A stretch of 64,000 nt of DNA, from the IMG/VR virus record IMGVR_UViG_3300048573_000442. One strand, given 5' to 3'. Positions 1 through 10,945 of the stretch are shown here, piece after piece (within the stretch, counting starts at the first letter, position 1; the number at the start of each line of letters is the position of its first letter). A program made the translations under genes and the position numbers. Source of the stretch: a virus. The notes below the pieces were generated by a model. It was not told the DNA's origin and did not search any database. It saw only the letters and a program-made list of their open reading frames with translations.

Positions 1-1
1 A

Positions 2-2170
2 CTAAATGAGAAGAGCGCTATTCAAGCTGCACTAGACCAGCATTGGTACGGCGATGTAAGTCAATACGCAATTATCAACGGGTCTAGACATGGCATCATT
101 AAGGACCCGGTTTTATTCCCAGAAGATGATGGGAAAATTTATCAAGCGGATTTGCCAAGAACAGTCGACGGGGTAAATTCTTATCCGCCAGGTGATACGG
201 GTTCTGGCTTACAGCAAGTTCCTCCGCAAAAGATTTTCGGCCTGCGCTTCAACCCATTCATTAAGTGTTTTGGTTCTGGAACTATTAGTTTGATGAATTT
301 GACAAATCCTGACGGTTTATCGGACCCAGAACAAAGTAAATGGGGGTTTGGAGACGGTGTTGCCGGTGCACCACCTGCTGTAGGCCTAAACACCTTTGCA
401 CATAAGAAGGAAGTATTGACCATCGAGATGGCGTCAGATTCTTCCACGTTTACAGTGGTTTCAAACCTTAGGGGGAAATTGCCCAATTATGTCTTGGGCG
501 CTTCTGCTGGTGAACGATGGTCAGATCAGAACGGGCTAGATTTGCCGTGCGACTTTGTAATTTCTAACGGAACTACACCATTTCAAACTGGCGATGGATT
601 CGCAATTGATATTGAGAAGGGTTTAGGCGGGCAATTCCGCGCGACAGTTAGAAAATTCCAGGAACTGGAATACAAAGTCAATTTTATGGGGTGGTGGGAA
701 ATAGTTCCAGACGCGGTTATGCGAGCTGATGTATCTGATCCTTCTGATGCAGCCCTAATCAACCTGAAGCCATTTGTGGGCGGCGCAGCACTTGACGAAA
801 ACGGCCCGAGTCTAGAACAGCAGATGTCATTTAACCAATCAATCAAGGCGCAATCTTGGATTTTTATGATCGTCCGCGAGGAAGAGTCCGGGGTCACCAA
901 GTCCTGGAAGATTTTCAGCCGCAACACAAAGACTATTGCAGAAAGCTTGACCACAAAGTTTTGGTTTAATCAAAATGAACAGATTGTTGACCCAGAGACC
1001 AAGCTCCCTGTCGTAGATAAAATCCGAGTACTAAGATCGAATCTTGACGAATTTGGAATCCCATTGCCAAAGGCGCATGTTTATGATGCTTTAGGATTCG
1101 TATACAACTCTGATGGAGAAATAAATTTCAACCAATTGGAAATTGCCCCAACAGGCGTTAACACATTTACCAGAAACGGGGATAATGTAGCCGATAATCT
1201 TTTGCAATTTGAATCTTTTTCAAATGGCGCATTTGAATATGGGGTTATTGAAGACGACCCTACAACAATTAAATGGCTATCATGTGCTGAAGCTGACGCC
1301 AACTACCAATACCGCATTGTAGCATATGATACCGATTTATATGATGATCCGTTGATCTCATTTGATAGTTTTGGAATAGAGTTTCCTATCGGTAGCAGCA
1401 TTTATTATTTTGCAGTTGGGGACTTTATAAACTTTGTCGGGGAACTTGCCGACGGATCGACAGTCTCCGGCAGTAATACCGGAACCCGAATTGTGAGAAG
1501 ACGGCGAGTCCCTGCGGTATCTAGCTCCGATGGGCAAGGTTGCAATCCTGTGTCAGGATTAGATTTTATGTGGCAGCACTTCTCGCCAGTTGCGAATCTT
1601 ATAGATCCGTCAGTGACTAACATTCATGACACCTTTATTTTGACTAAGGGCTATTATACTAACGTCAGAGATTTCATTCGCGGAACTAATCCATATGAAC
1701 CTGTGCCACCGACTCCTTTAGAGCTTAGAGCTTCTTACGGGTATCTGCTTCAGAACAAAATGCTATCTGATACAGTTGTGCTGCATTCAGGGGAAATCAA
1801 ACTCTTGTTTGGCGAAAAAGCTGATCAGCGAATGCGTGCAAAATTCCGAGTGGTGAAATCCCCAGTTGCAACATTCTCAGAAGAACGTATTAAACAGGAA
1901 ATTGTATCGGTGATAGATGCATTCTTTGATATTAGCGGATGGGATTTTGGAGATACATTCTATGCAACAGAGCTAATTTCATTGATTCACCAACGTCTTG
2001 GGCCTCAAATCTCTTCAGTTGTTATTGTTCCCACTTATTCGATTAATTCTTTCGGGTCGCTGTTCACGATTGAATCTGGATTTGATGAGATTTTGCAGTC
2101 GGCGGCCACATTTGATGATATAGAACTTGTTGATGCTTTGACCCCTAATGTCCTAAGACAGATTAGGTAA
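2..2170 (+). CDS. Baseplate wedge subunit (T4 gp6-like C-terminus), 5'-truncated by the window edge
   Basis: The frame is open from position 2 (LNEKSAIQAALDQHWYG...), upstream of the ORF-track start at 152. The C-terminus (IKQEIVSVIDAFFDISGWDFGDTFYATEL...SFGSLFTI...DEILQSAATFDDIE) resembles jumbo-myophage baseplate wedge proteins. Confidence 0.7.
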   Translation, partial: LNEKSAIQAALDQHWYGDVSQYAIINGSRHGIIKDPVLFPEDDGKIYQADLPRTVDGVNSYPPGDTGSGLQQVPPQKIFGLRFNPFIKCFGSGTISLMNLTNPDGLSDPEQSKWGFGDGVAGAPPAVGLNTFAHKKEVLTIEMASDSSTFTVVSNLRGKLPNYVLGASAGERWSDQNGLDLPCDFVISNGTTPFQTGDGFAIDIEKGLGGQFRATVRKFQELEYKVNFMGWWEIVPDAVMRADVSDPSDAALINLKPFVGGAALDENGPSLEQQMSFNQSIKAQSWIFMIVREEESGVTKSWKIFSRNTKTIAESLTTKFWFNQNEQIVDPETKLPVVDKIRVLRSNLDEFGIPLPKAHVYDALGFVYNSDGEINFNQLEIAPTGVNTFTRNGDNVADNLLQFESFSNGAFEYGVIEDDPTTIKWLSCAEADANYQYRIVAYDTDLYDDPLISFDSFGIEFPIGSSIYYFAVGDFINFVGELADGSTVSGSNTGTRIVRRRRVPAVSSSDGQGCNPVSGLDFMWQHFSPVANLIDPSVTNIHDTFILTKGYYTNVRDFIRGTNPYEPVPPTPLELRASYGYLLQNKMLSDTVVLHSGEIKLLFGEKADQRMRAKFRVVKSPVATFSEERIKQEIVSVIDAFFDISGWDFGDTFYATELISLIHQRLGPQISSVVIVPTYSINSFGSLFTIESGFDEILQSAATFDDIELVDALTPNVLRQIR

Positions 2171-2199
2171 AAACGCATCAAATACTTTTGACAGTAGGC

Positions 2200-2206
2200 A
2201 TAAATA
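2200..2206 (+). promoter_or_regulatory. T4-like late promoter core (cATAAATAg)
   Basis: The motif lies 34 nt upstream of the ATG at 2240 and recurs in many intergenic gaps of this window. Confidence 0.65.
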
Positions 2207-2239
2207 GATCACGCTCCTGTTTATTCCAACTGTCAAAAT

Positions 2240-5200
2240 ATGCAAAAGAAACAAACCTTAGACTTAAATAAATTCTTACCTTCCGCGGTTAAAGATGAAA
2301 CTCTGACAAGTTTAATTTCTAACTTGTTCAATAGGTTTACCTCTGAAGAACAGAGCATTCTTGTCGATGGCGAGATTGGGATAGCCGCAGATAGCGGTGA
2401 TAAAATAGCTGCGCTAAATCTTGAGCGCGAAGTAAACCCATTGGTCCCAGCAATTGTGACAACTAATGGCTCTGAGCAGGCGTCTTTTACGTTTATCGAT
2501 CTAGTGAATCGTCTAAAGTCACTAAATGCTGATGTCGATAATGCACAGGAATGGCTAAAAGAACAGTACTTTAATTTTCACGTGCCGATTGATTACGACA
2601 GGTTTTTAAATTTTGGCAATTACTATTGGGCAGGCAAAGCGTTAAATGCTGCGGGTGCATTTGAATTTAATCCACATAATTCACCAGACTATATAACAAT
2701 CTCTCGCCCGACTGCAAGTTCACTGACTAAAATGCCGGTGGATTATGTGGCTGCCCTACCAATAAAAAAGACCGGCAGCGGTAGACTAGATGAAGTTATC
2801 ACTCTTGAGTTTATTTCTCCAACAGAATTTTCTGTTTCTACGAATAACCCTGTCGACTCTGGGATGTTGATTGTTAATTCGGCTCAATTTAACGGACCGC
2901 AAACACTAACATTTTCACCGGTTGCCGGAACTTCAATACCTGTCAGCTTGTTTGCTAGGGGGAAAAGCATCACCGGTTTCGGAACGGGAAAACCATTCCC
3001 AGTAGGAACCACTGAACTGAATGATACGGTTTTGGATTTTATCCTGCGGGTCGGTACCACACCATTTGCGGTAGGCGATAAATTTGTAATTGACGTAAAA
3101 CATCGCTCTAGTTCGATACTCGTTTCTTTTTCTTCGCCATCGGTTTCTGGCAAGGGTTCAATAATCGGCGTAAAGTCGGTATGCGAATTAATGTACTTGA
3201 ACGGCGTACAAGTAATTATTGGCAAACGGGTCCTCATTACGAATCAGGGCCTAGATAATGGCATTTATACCGTTGTGGATAATGCTTGGTCACGTGCAAC
3301 TGACTCGTATCTTGAAGAACATCTATCCTTAGGCTCTAAAGTTTACTGCTATGCCGACTCTAACACTTATGAAGTTACCGGTAAAATAGACCCAGCCGCA
3401 AATTCACAGCCGATTGAGTCCCTAATAAGCTTTACGCTGGTAGCATCTGCACCGCCTCTTGGCCTCAATGATTGGCAGATTTCCAATTTTTGGTTTCATA
3501 AAGACGACATTGAATTTTTATTCGGCGAACTTAATATCACTATTAGTGATTGTATTCGCGCTGAACGCCCCATCATTGAATTTAACAATGACGTCAGATT
3601 AAATGAGATGGTTAGCATCGAAGGCAACCCAACAGATGCTGGGGGTATTACGGTTTCACAGGTGAAAACTGACATTAATCAGGCGCCACTTTTCGACCTA
3701 TTCTATGTTGATGGCACTCATGCCGGTAAAGTGTCAAAAATATTCTTTTATAAAGAGGAACAGTCAGCCCCAATTGATAGCGTCCTTAACCTTAGGCTTG
3801 CGACTTCAGACTCTGGTTTTTCTTTTGGCCACGGGTTGAAACAGAATGATGAACGCCTAATGTTTTATAAAAAAGGTGGGGTACTAGAGACAATATGGGT
3901 TCCAGGTGTTTCACAGCCGACTGTTACGTCGTTGACAAATCCTAATGGTGGAAGTATTGTTATTAGTGTTAAGAACACCGCAGATACGCAATCTTGGAAA
4001 TTAACATTTAAAAACGGGGCTTTTGAAGTTGAAGGCGAACGATCAGGTGTTATTGGGGAAGCTATTCCGGGTTTAAACTTCGATTGTGATGACTTTAGCG
4101 CCACGATTTCAATATATTCGTATGTTGATGGCGATGCGTTTACATTTAATGTAAACAATCTAGCATTTCCAAGATATGTTAAGAAAACCGCAGAACGAAT
4201 TGTAAATTACCCTGGTGGACCAATTGCTGATGTCAATGGTGACGGAGCATGGATGACGCCAGTGAGAATGTTTCAAAATTTGGAATGCGAAACCCGAACC
4301 GAAATAACTTATAGCGATCTGGCCGATCATGTCAGAAGTATGATTCGCAGCCAAGATGGTTTTTCTGGCGGCTCGCTTGGAACCAATAATGTCAGAACCT
4401 TGAATTTTTCTCCTGCTCTAGGTGGAACTATTAGAGCATTCGGTTCAAACTTTCCTTTGCTTATCGGGATGTTGTGCCAAAGAGATTTTAGTGCCCTAAC
4501 TATTATTGATTTTGCTGAACAACAGTATAACACTGCTCTATCTAGCATAGACCAGTTTGTAGTTGATTCGCTGCCGAAACTCATGTCTAAGCTTGGAAAA
4601 ATAGACACTACTGCAATTCAGATTTTCCCAAATACTGATACAGTAAAATTAGTTGAAGCTTTTAGCGAACAGAGAAAAGCCGATGTTCATTTGACCGAAG
4701 CATTTGGCGACACTACGGCGAAGGTCCCTAATTGGCCAGCAACCTTGCCAATCCTTGGCCTCGTGCCAGCAGTAATGCAAGATATTCGTTTTGACGCTGA
4801 ACTTGGCATAGATGTAATTGTTCACCACGACGGGCATGTTTCGCCAGCAATGGAAGAAAATATTAGTGTCTTGCGCGATTTGGCAAAAACTCATGTCCTT
4901 AGATCAGACGGGGAATTAACTCCAGGGACCTTATCACCAACAGCTCCAGCGCTGCCATATGCTGGCCAGTTTTGGTTTAATAGCTTGACTAACGTCCTGT
5001 CATATTTTGCAGTGAATTTTGATGGCAATACATCCCCTGGAACGGGCCAAACCGGCCAATATTGGTTTAATCGACAGGCTAATGAACTTCGCCAGTGGGA
5101 TGATCTCTCAATGGATTGGGTTGTTTCCCCGCTTTCACAGCCAAGCAGATGGACCAAATTCAACGCGCACATTGCACGAAACAACCTTTTGTTAGGCATT

Positions 5201-8200
5201 GAAGATTTACTGTTTGCATCCGTAAATTCTGCTATCGCTGTTAAGCCCCATTTGCAAAATGCCCAAAATTCCAAATACGCTGAAATAGAACTGGCAAAGT
5301 TTTCGCAGAAATACGGGTATGACACATACGCGCCTAACTACTCAGCAGCTGATGCATTTACGTGGAATTATAAAGCTGCAACAATTCCAGGGGTTACAGT
5401 TGGTATTGCAAAATGGTTTGACATTTATGCCGACTATTTTAATAACCCTGGACAAACCATTTCTACCAGTCGACCCAATATTGAGCCGTGGAAGCTCTTA
5501 AATCACGCATCTAAACCATCTTCGTGGGATGCTTCTTATGCATGTACTGTTATTGGAACGGATAATATTACTGCTGCGGTAAAAGTTGTTTCCACTACTA
5601 ATATAACGTTATCTGGTTTGCAGACAATTGACGGCGTTGCTGTCATATCAGGCGATAAAGTTTTAGTGACTGCACAAACAGCCTCAGCAGATAATGGAAT
5701 TTACATTGCGTCTGTTGGGCCATGGGCCCGAAGCGCAGATACAATCGTAAACGGGTTAACTGTTGCTAGTTCGAGCGGAACATTATTCGCTAGAAGCTTA
5801 TGGGTAAATACTTCTACAGATACGTTTGAACAGGTCAGAATCTGGAAAACAGAAATGTGGGATGATATCGAAGCTGCAAGACCGGGACTAAAAATCTGTG
5901 TCAATAGAATTACTGATGAATTGTTGCCCCCTTATGTTTCACCGACAAGCGCATTTGCGACCGCAGCCTTATTGAATGCGATTCCTCCCGGCATTGCTGA
6001 AGGATATGTATTTGGGGATAATGGAATCGTGGAACTTCTTTGGAAAAAATCCCTAGAATATCGTTACGGGCTTGCGCGATCTGCGTTCAGATTGAATCCC
6101 CTTTCTTTCTTGAGCGATGCGTGGGGGTTTGATTACGTTGAATCGTACGCAGGTGGAATACCGCTATTAAGAACTACTGGGGCCCTAAACGGTCACAGAA
6201 ATTTCGTTTTGCATGGGGAAAAACTTTCTAGAACTGAATTGACGCAGAGCGAAACGCAATCGTTAATTTCTGGAACTATAGCCGCAGTTGATCCGCTTGA
6301 CAAAGCCAGAACAGTGGAATTTAGCGTAGTGTACGTTGATAATTCTTCTACCATTTTTGATTTGCATATTAATGGTAATTTTGTATTGCAGTTGACTGAG
6401 GGGCAAGACTTCTCAGTAACTGCACATGGATTGATTTTTACGAACGTCAGAATTGATTCCCTGGGGATTCCATTTTTAAATGGTGATAGCATTATCATCA
6501 AAATGGCAAATGACACTGTGTCGCCATCATATGTTTCTGTAAATGAAACTGGATGCGAAGGTTGTGTTCAGGCCCCAAGCTTAGAAATACCACCAGAGTT
6601 TATCGTACCTGGAACAATTTCTTATGAGTTTTCTGGAGCAAAGTTTGTTCGAATGCTTGGTCTTGGACAATGGTTTGCGAATATGCTGCGCTTCGGATCT
6701 GTAGATTCAGCATTCTCAGAAGCTAACACCTCATATCGTGGTTGGGAATTAAAGCTTGCTCATCGACTCGGTGCTATCATTCGTGATGATACACTGAGAA
6801 TCAATACATCTCAAGGTTTGCTGCCATCTACAGCCTATGATGTCATTATTAAGAAGAACAAATCCATTTCTGATATTTGGATTTCTGGCCTTCGTGTCCA
6901 GTTGGTTTCAATTGGTAAGAGCAAAATAAACCAGTTCGGTTACTATGTTCCGTCAGCAGACGCAGCAGATTGGATCTTTAGAATTGAAAACTACAGTTCT
7001 CAGAACCCGACTGTCGAACGTTTTATTGTTAGCCCAACTTCATCACGAATAACATTCACTGCTATTAACGGTGCGCATTCCTCGCAATCTTGGACAAAGC
7101 CGACTGATTACGCGGGTTCACAAACTTCAACGGTACCTGAAAATATTACTGGTTTGCAAAATGTAGTTGACTTTATTTTCAGCTACAGCGATAGACTAGA
7201 AGCGTCTGGTTGGACAAATTATGCAGACGGTGCGAGAGTCACTGATGCTGAAACTGGGAGAAATCTCGATTGGCAGCTTGAGGTTGAGAAGCTTATTGAC
7301 GCAGTTTATACTGGCATGAACGCAGGTGAAGCTTACGTGCTTAATCCGTTTACTAGCGGAATTTGTATTAACACGCCAAGGGGCCTACTAGCCGAATATA
7401 GTAAGAAGAACTTTATTGACGCATTCTCTGCACAGGCAGTTTATGATGTTACTGGTGCAAGAATTCCCCTGTCCTCATTGCACGTGCTGCGGACAGATGA
7501 ACGTGCGATTACATATTCAGATACTCCGATTTTTTCTGGGCATTTATTCGTTGATGAATATGAACACATGGTCCTGTTCAATAAAAAGTTTAGTGAAGCA
7601 AAAACTGCAAGATCAATTTTTGACGGGTTCCTTGGTTCACGCATCAAAAATGCTCGGTTATCTTTTGTTCGCCAAGCTGTTGCAGATGGAAAGCCCACAT
7701 TTAACGGGTTCTTTTTAAGTGGCAACAGTATGGTCAGAAACATTGTTTCGTCCGTTGACGCAAGCGCAAATTACTATGATGCCGCAAAAACGTTTAGCGA
7801 TCCAGAAACTGCTAAACATTCCATGTCCCTACTTGGATTTACTAAAAAGCCATATTTTGACACAATCGATGTGAATGAGTCTACCCAATTTAATTTCTGG
7901 AGAGGAATGATTCAGGCAAAGGGCACAAATATGGCAATTGATGCTTTTGCAAACTTTAAGAATTTCACTGACTCTGCAGTCGATGAATACTGGGCGTTTA
8001 AGATTGCAGAATACGGTGATGCAAGGGAGAAAACACAACCGGAACTAAAGGTGAAACAATCCGATATTTCGCAGAAATATTTTAAAATTCAATTCTATGA
8101 TTCAGCTAGCAGCTCTGATCTCATTCCAATGTTCACGCACATTGAGAATGGTGATGATACACGCTGGTTCTCTATTGATGATTTGGGCAAAGGCATGCAG

Positions 8201-10945
8201 TTTGAAGCTGCAAACGTTCAGGAAACTTTCACCGTACCATCATCTGCTACATTCCCAGCTTATATTAGAACTAAGAACATTTATCACAATGGTGATAGCT
8301 CTGATCCAATCATTACCGGCCCCAGTTCACCAATAATGATTGGATCCCAGATGGCAAAAGTTTTTGTCCCTGGGGTTTACACTGTGAGTGGAATTACATG
8401 GCTGAATCAATCAAAACATTCGCCGGTAAAGCTGATTGACTATGCAAAATCTGTAAAGGTTGCAGATTATCAACTTTGGCATCCAGCAATTGGCTTACAT
8501 GCACAGTCTGCAATGGGTTTGGTTGACATATCTTCTTCGGCAGACCCTGCAAAATATAACTATACTGCGCAGACGACAAACAACGAAAACTTTAATACGC
8601 TTAAACCTTGGGCGAAAAAGGAAGTTGGAACTGTATGGTGGAACAATTCTAACCTTGGATATATACCGTATTACGATGCTGCCAAATTTCCTAACAGGGA
8701 CGCAAGACTTCAGCGGTGGGGAGTTCTAGCAGATTGGGCCTCAGTCGATCTTTTTGAATGGACCGAAAGTACGGTTCATCCGGGCAAATATGATGAACTC
8801 GCCGCTGAACAAGAAGGAAGCGCTGAACTGCCTACTGGAGTCCGCGCATCTGGTCGCGTTGCACTTAAGGCGAACTACTTAAGAGACCGAATTATATCGA
8901 GGCGGCCAGTAGCTTGGTCAGAGGCTGGGGTTGGCAACTCAAATGCTCACCCATCTTTCGGCTCGCAAAAGTTCGGAACTATTTTTGTTTCTGGGACTTC
9001 TCTAATACCTGATACTGGAAGATGCTCAGAATATGGTCTTACCACCGGTCGAAGATTTGGTGGATGGGACAATGAAAAACCTATCGGCGAAGTTATACTT
9101 TCTGGAGAACTGAGCTACCATATTGGTTCCACCGACAGCGTTCTTTTGCCAGTGTTTGAATCAGCTACTAATTTGTTGCTAACAGATTTTGCGCTGCAGC
9201 CATTGAAAAACGCAATGTTCGGGCAAAAAATAGGAGCAATAACTTTAACTAAGAAAATCCTAGCGCCAGACGTCATTGCTTTGAGAATGTCAAATTCTAC
9301 TGGGGACTACGAAGACAAAATCGTTTCTGATTTAGTATTTTCTGCAACCGACAATGCCGCCATCAATATTGATTTTGAGGCCTTCGGAATTCGCGTTTCT
9401 TGCAACCGCAGTGCGTCGATTTCTCCCATATTAGCAAATGACATTATCGATGAAATTACTATTGCGGCGCAAGACATCTTTATTAGGGAGGCAGTTTCCT
9501 TTATTGAAGAGATTTCGCTTCCTACGGATGTTCTCGTAACTGCCCCAGAGGATTCGTTTACTAACGAAGATGACGACAGACTTGAATGGAGGGTATGGAC
9601 CCGGCCAACGCAGAACGACCTTAATAAAGATCTTTCTTCGCCTTATAATAAGTGGAAGCCGTACATTGGCGATGCAGTTAATGTTGAAGCTTCAGCCAAT
9701 GTGGTTGCTGACATGCAATCTGATATTAACGGGTTGTTGCTACGAGACGGAACACGTATTAACCGGTATTATAGTTCTTGGACCGATTGGGTACCTCTGC
9801 AAGACGAAAGTTTTACATCGGTTTCAAATGGGGTTATGCCAATCACTTTTAGTTCTCAAAATCCAATTGACTCCACGCGGGTTTCAATTTATGCAGATGG
9901 CATTCAAGTAAACCCTAGCCAATACCTTGTTTCAGGCAACGTAGTTTCTATGCTTAACGTATTTGCTGAAGGCGCTATCATTCTGTTTAGGAATAAGGCT
10001 AAACAGCCAACTGATGCTGAGCTAGCATTTGACCCGACCGTCAAGGACGATTTCACGATACAGCAGCAGTACAAAAAGGATTACGAGTTTACAGAAATTA
10101 AACAGCGTGACATTTTTGGCAATTTGACAAGTTCGCTATATTATTTCTGGGTAAGGGACAAAACCATTTCATCTCGCGGCCATGAAATGTCGCTGCTTCA
10201 AGCACAAAACATTTTACAAAATGGCCAAGATGCGCATGTGGTGTTGGCTAAGGCCAAGCCGATATCTGATAAAAATTATAGGTTTGCATTTGACTCATGC
10301 GCAATTGCTGGTCTTGGAACTTATGTTGGAAGGGACAATGCATTCAAGCTTCGTTTTGTTAGAAACTTTACATTGAGAGACGACCCTGAGGAAATGAACC
10401 TGAAAAACGTTCATACTGAGTGGACCTTACTAAGACGCGGGCAAAGTCGCAAAGTTCCAACTGCGCTTTGGGATTTAATAACTTCTGCTATTTCTGGAGT
10501 TGATGCATTGGGTAATCAGGTACCAAGTCAGGCGAGAATCGAATATGACAATCGAAATGGAACTAGAACCCGCTTCGGCTCTGGAACTGACCAGGTATTT
10601 GCTGATTCCGAATTGGTAAAGCAGTCTGTAATAAATACGATTCTGTATCCTAAAACAACTCTTAAAGTTGGAAGTTCCGTAATCACCGACTATATCACTG
10701 CGCTAAATCAAAATACTCAAACTGAATGGTTTAGCACGCCTTCTAAAGCGAGAGAAACAATGGCACTCATTTTTGCCTCCGCAAGAGCGAGTCAAGTGAA
10801 TGAAATATTTTTTAATGTACTAGATGACGCATTAGCGAATAATTTCGAACTGACTGATATTTTTAAAACCTCATTGATTACAGTGAGCTCAGCCACCGAT
10901 ATTTTTGAAGCAACTAGCACTGAACAGCAAGATGAGCAATATTAA
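2240..10945 (+). CDS. Giant baseplate/virion structural protein (2901 aa)
   Basis: Very long ORF next to the wedge gene. It carries two copies of a tail-fibre/baseplate module (NITLSGLQTIDGVAVISGDKVLVTAQ..NGIY..W.R and LNGVQVIIGKRVLITNQ..NGIY..W.R) and P..GQ.WF motifs. Confidence 0.7.
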   Translation: MQKKQTLDLNKFLPSAVKDETLTSLISNLFNRFTSEEQSILVDGEIGIAADSGDKIAALNLEREVNPLVPAIVTTNGSEQASFTFIDLVNRLKSLNADVDNAQEWLKEQYFNFHVPIDYDRFLNFGNYYWAGKALNAAGAFEFNPHNSPDYITISRPTASSLTKMPVDYVAALPIKKTGSGRLDEVITLEFISPTEFSVSTNNPVDSGMLIVNSAQFNGPQTLTFSPVAGTSIPVSLFARGKSITGFGTGKPFPVGTTELNDTVLDFILRVGTTPFAVGDKFVIDVKHRSSSILVSFSSPSVSGKGSIIGVKSVCELMYLNGVQVIIGKRVLITNQGLDNGIYTVVDNAWSRATDSYLEEHLSLGSKVYCYADSNTYEVTGKIDPAANSQPIESLISFTLVASAPPLGLNDWQISNFWFHKDDIEFLFGELNITISDCIRAERPIIEFNNDVRLNEMVSIEGNPTDAGGITVSQVKTDINQAPLFDLFYVDGTHAGKVSKIFFYKEEQSAPIDSVLNLRLATSDSGFSFGHGLKQNDERLMFYKKGGVLETIWVPGVSQPTVTSLTNPNGGSIVISVKNTADTQSWKLTFKNGAFEVEGERSGVIGEAIPGLNFDCDDFSATISIYSYVDGDAFTFNVNNLAFPRYVKKTAERIVNYPGGPIADVNGDGAWMTPVRMFQNLECETRTEITYSDLADHVRSMIRSQDGFSGGSLGTNNVRTLNFSPALGGTIRAFGSNFPLLIGMLCQRDFSALTIIDFAEQQYNTALSSIDQFVVDSLPKLMSKLGKIDTTAIQIFPNTDTVKLVEAFSEQRKADVHLTEAFGDTTAKVPNWPATLPILGLVPAVMQDIRFDAELGIDVIVHHDGHVSPAMEENISVLRDLAKTHVLRSDGELTPGTLSPTAPALPYAGQFWFNSLTNVLSYFAVNFDGNTSPGTGQTGQYWFNRQANELRQWDDLSMDWVVSPLSQPSRWTKFNAHIARNNLLLGIEDLLFASVNSAIAVKPHLQNAQNSKYAEIELAKFSQKYGYDTYAPNYSAADAFTWNYKAATIPGVTVGIAKWFDIYADYFNNPGQTISTSRPNIEPWKLLNHASKPSSWDASYACTVIGTDNITAAVKVVSTTNITLSGLQTIDGVAVISGDKVLVTAQTASADNGIYIASVGPWARSADTIVNGLTVASSSGTLFARSLWVNTSTDTFEQVRIWKTEMWDDIEAARPGLKICVNRITDELLPPYVSPTSAFATAALLNAIPPGIAEGYVFGDNGIVELLWKKSLEYRYGLARSAFRLNPLSFLSDAWGFDYVESYAGGIPLLRTTGALNGHRNFVLHGEKLSRTELTQSETQSLISGTIAAVDPLDKARTVEFSVVYVDNSSTIFDLHINGNFVLQLTEGQDFSVTAHGLIFTNVRIDSLGIPFLNGDSIIIKMANDTVSPSYVSVNETGCEGCVQAPSLEIPPEFIVPGTISYEFSGAKFVRMLGLGQWFANMLRFGSVDSAFSEANTSYRGWELKLAHRLGAIIRDDTLRINTSQGLLPSTAYDVIIKKNKSISDIWISGLRVQLVSIGKSKINQFGYYVPSADAADWIFRIENYSSQNPTVERFIVSPTSSRITFTAINGAHSSQSWTKPTDYAGSQTSTVPENITGLQNVVDFIFSYSDRLEASGWTNYADGARVTDAETGRNLDWQLEVEKLIDAVYTGMNAGEAYVLNPFTSGICINTPRGLLAEYSKKNFIDAFSAQAVYDVTGARIPLSSLHVLRTDERAITYSDTPIFSGHLFVDEYEHMVLFNKKFSEAKTARSIFDGFLGSRIKNARLSFVRQAVADGKPTFNGFFLSGNSMVRNIVSSVDASANYYDAAKTFSDPETAKHSMSLLGFTKKPYFDTIDVNESTQFNFWRGMIQAKGTNMAIDAFANFKNFTDSAVDEYWAFKIAEYGDAREKTQPELKVKQSDISQKYFKIQFYDSASSSDLIPMFTHIENGDDTRWFSIDDLGKGMQFEAANVQETFTVPSSATFPAYIRTKNIYHNGDSSDPIITGPSSPIMIGSQMAKVFVPGVYTVSGITWLNQSKHSPVKLIDYAKSVKVADYQLWHPAIGLHAQSAMGLVDISSSADPAKYNYTAQTTNNENFNTLKPWAKKEVGTVWWNNSNLGYIPYYDAAKFPNRDARLQRWGVLADWASVDLFEWTESTVHPGKYDELAAEQEGSAELPTGVRASGRVALKANYLRDRIISRRPVAWSEAGVGNSNAHPSFGSQKFGTIFVSGTSLIPDTGRCSEYGLTTGRRFGGWDNEKPIGEVILSGELSYHIGSTDSVLLPVFESATNLLLTDFALQPLKNAMFGQKIGAITLTKKILAPDVIALRMSNSTGDYEDKIVSDLVFSATDNAAINIDFEAFGIRVSCNRSASISPILANDIIDEITIAAQDIFIREAVSFIEEISLPTDVLVTAPEDSFTNEDDDRLEWRVWTRPTQNDLNKDLSSPYNKWKPYIGDAVNVEASANVVADMQSDINGLLLRDGTRINRYYSSWTDWVPLQDESFTSVSNGVMPITFSSQNPIDSTRVSIYADGIQVNPSQYLVSGNVVSMLNVFAEGAIILFRNKAKQPTDAELAFDPTVKDDFTIQQQYKKDYEFTEIKQRDIFGNLTSSLYYFWVRDKTISSRGHEMSLLQAQNILQNGQDAHVVLAKAKPISDKNYRFAFDSCAIAGLGTYVGRDNAFKLRFVRNFTLRDDPEEMNLKNVHTEWTLLRRGQSRKVPTALWDLITSAISGVDALGNQVPSQARIEYDNRNGTRTRFGSGTDQVFADSELVKQSVINTILYPKTTLKVGSSVITDYITALNQNTQTEWFSTPSKARETMALIFASARASQVNEIFFNVLDDALANNFELTDIFKTSLITVSSATDIFEATSTEQQDEQY

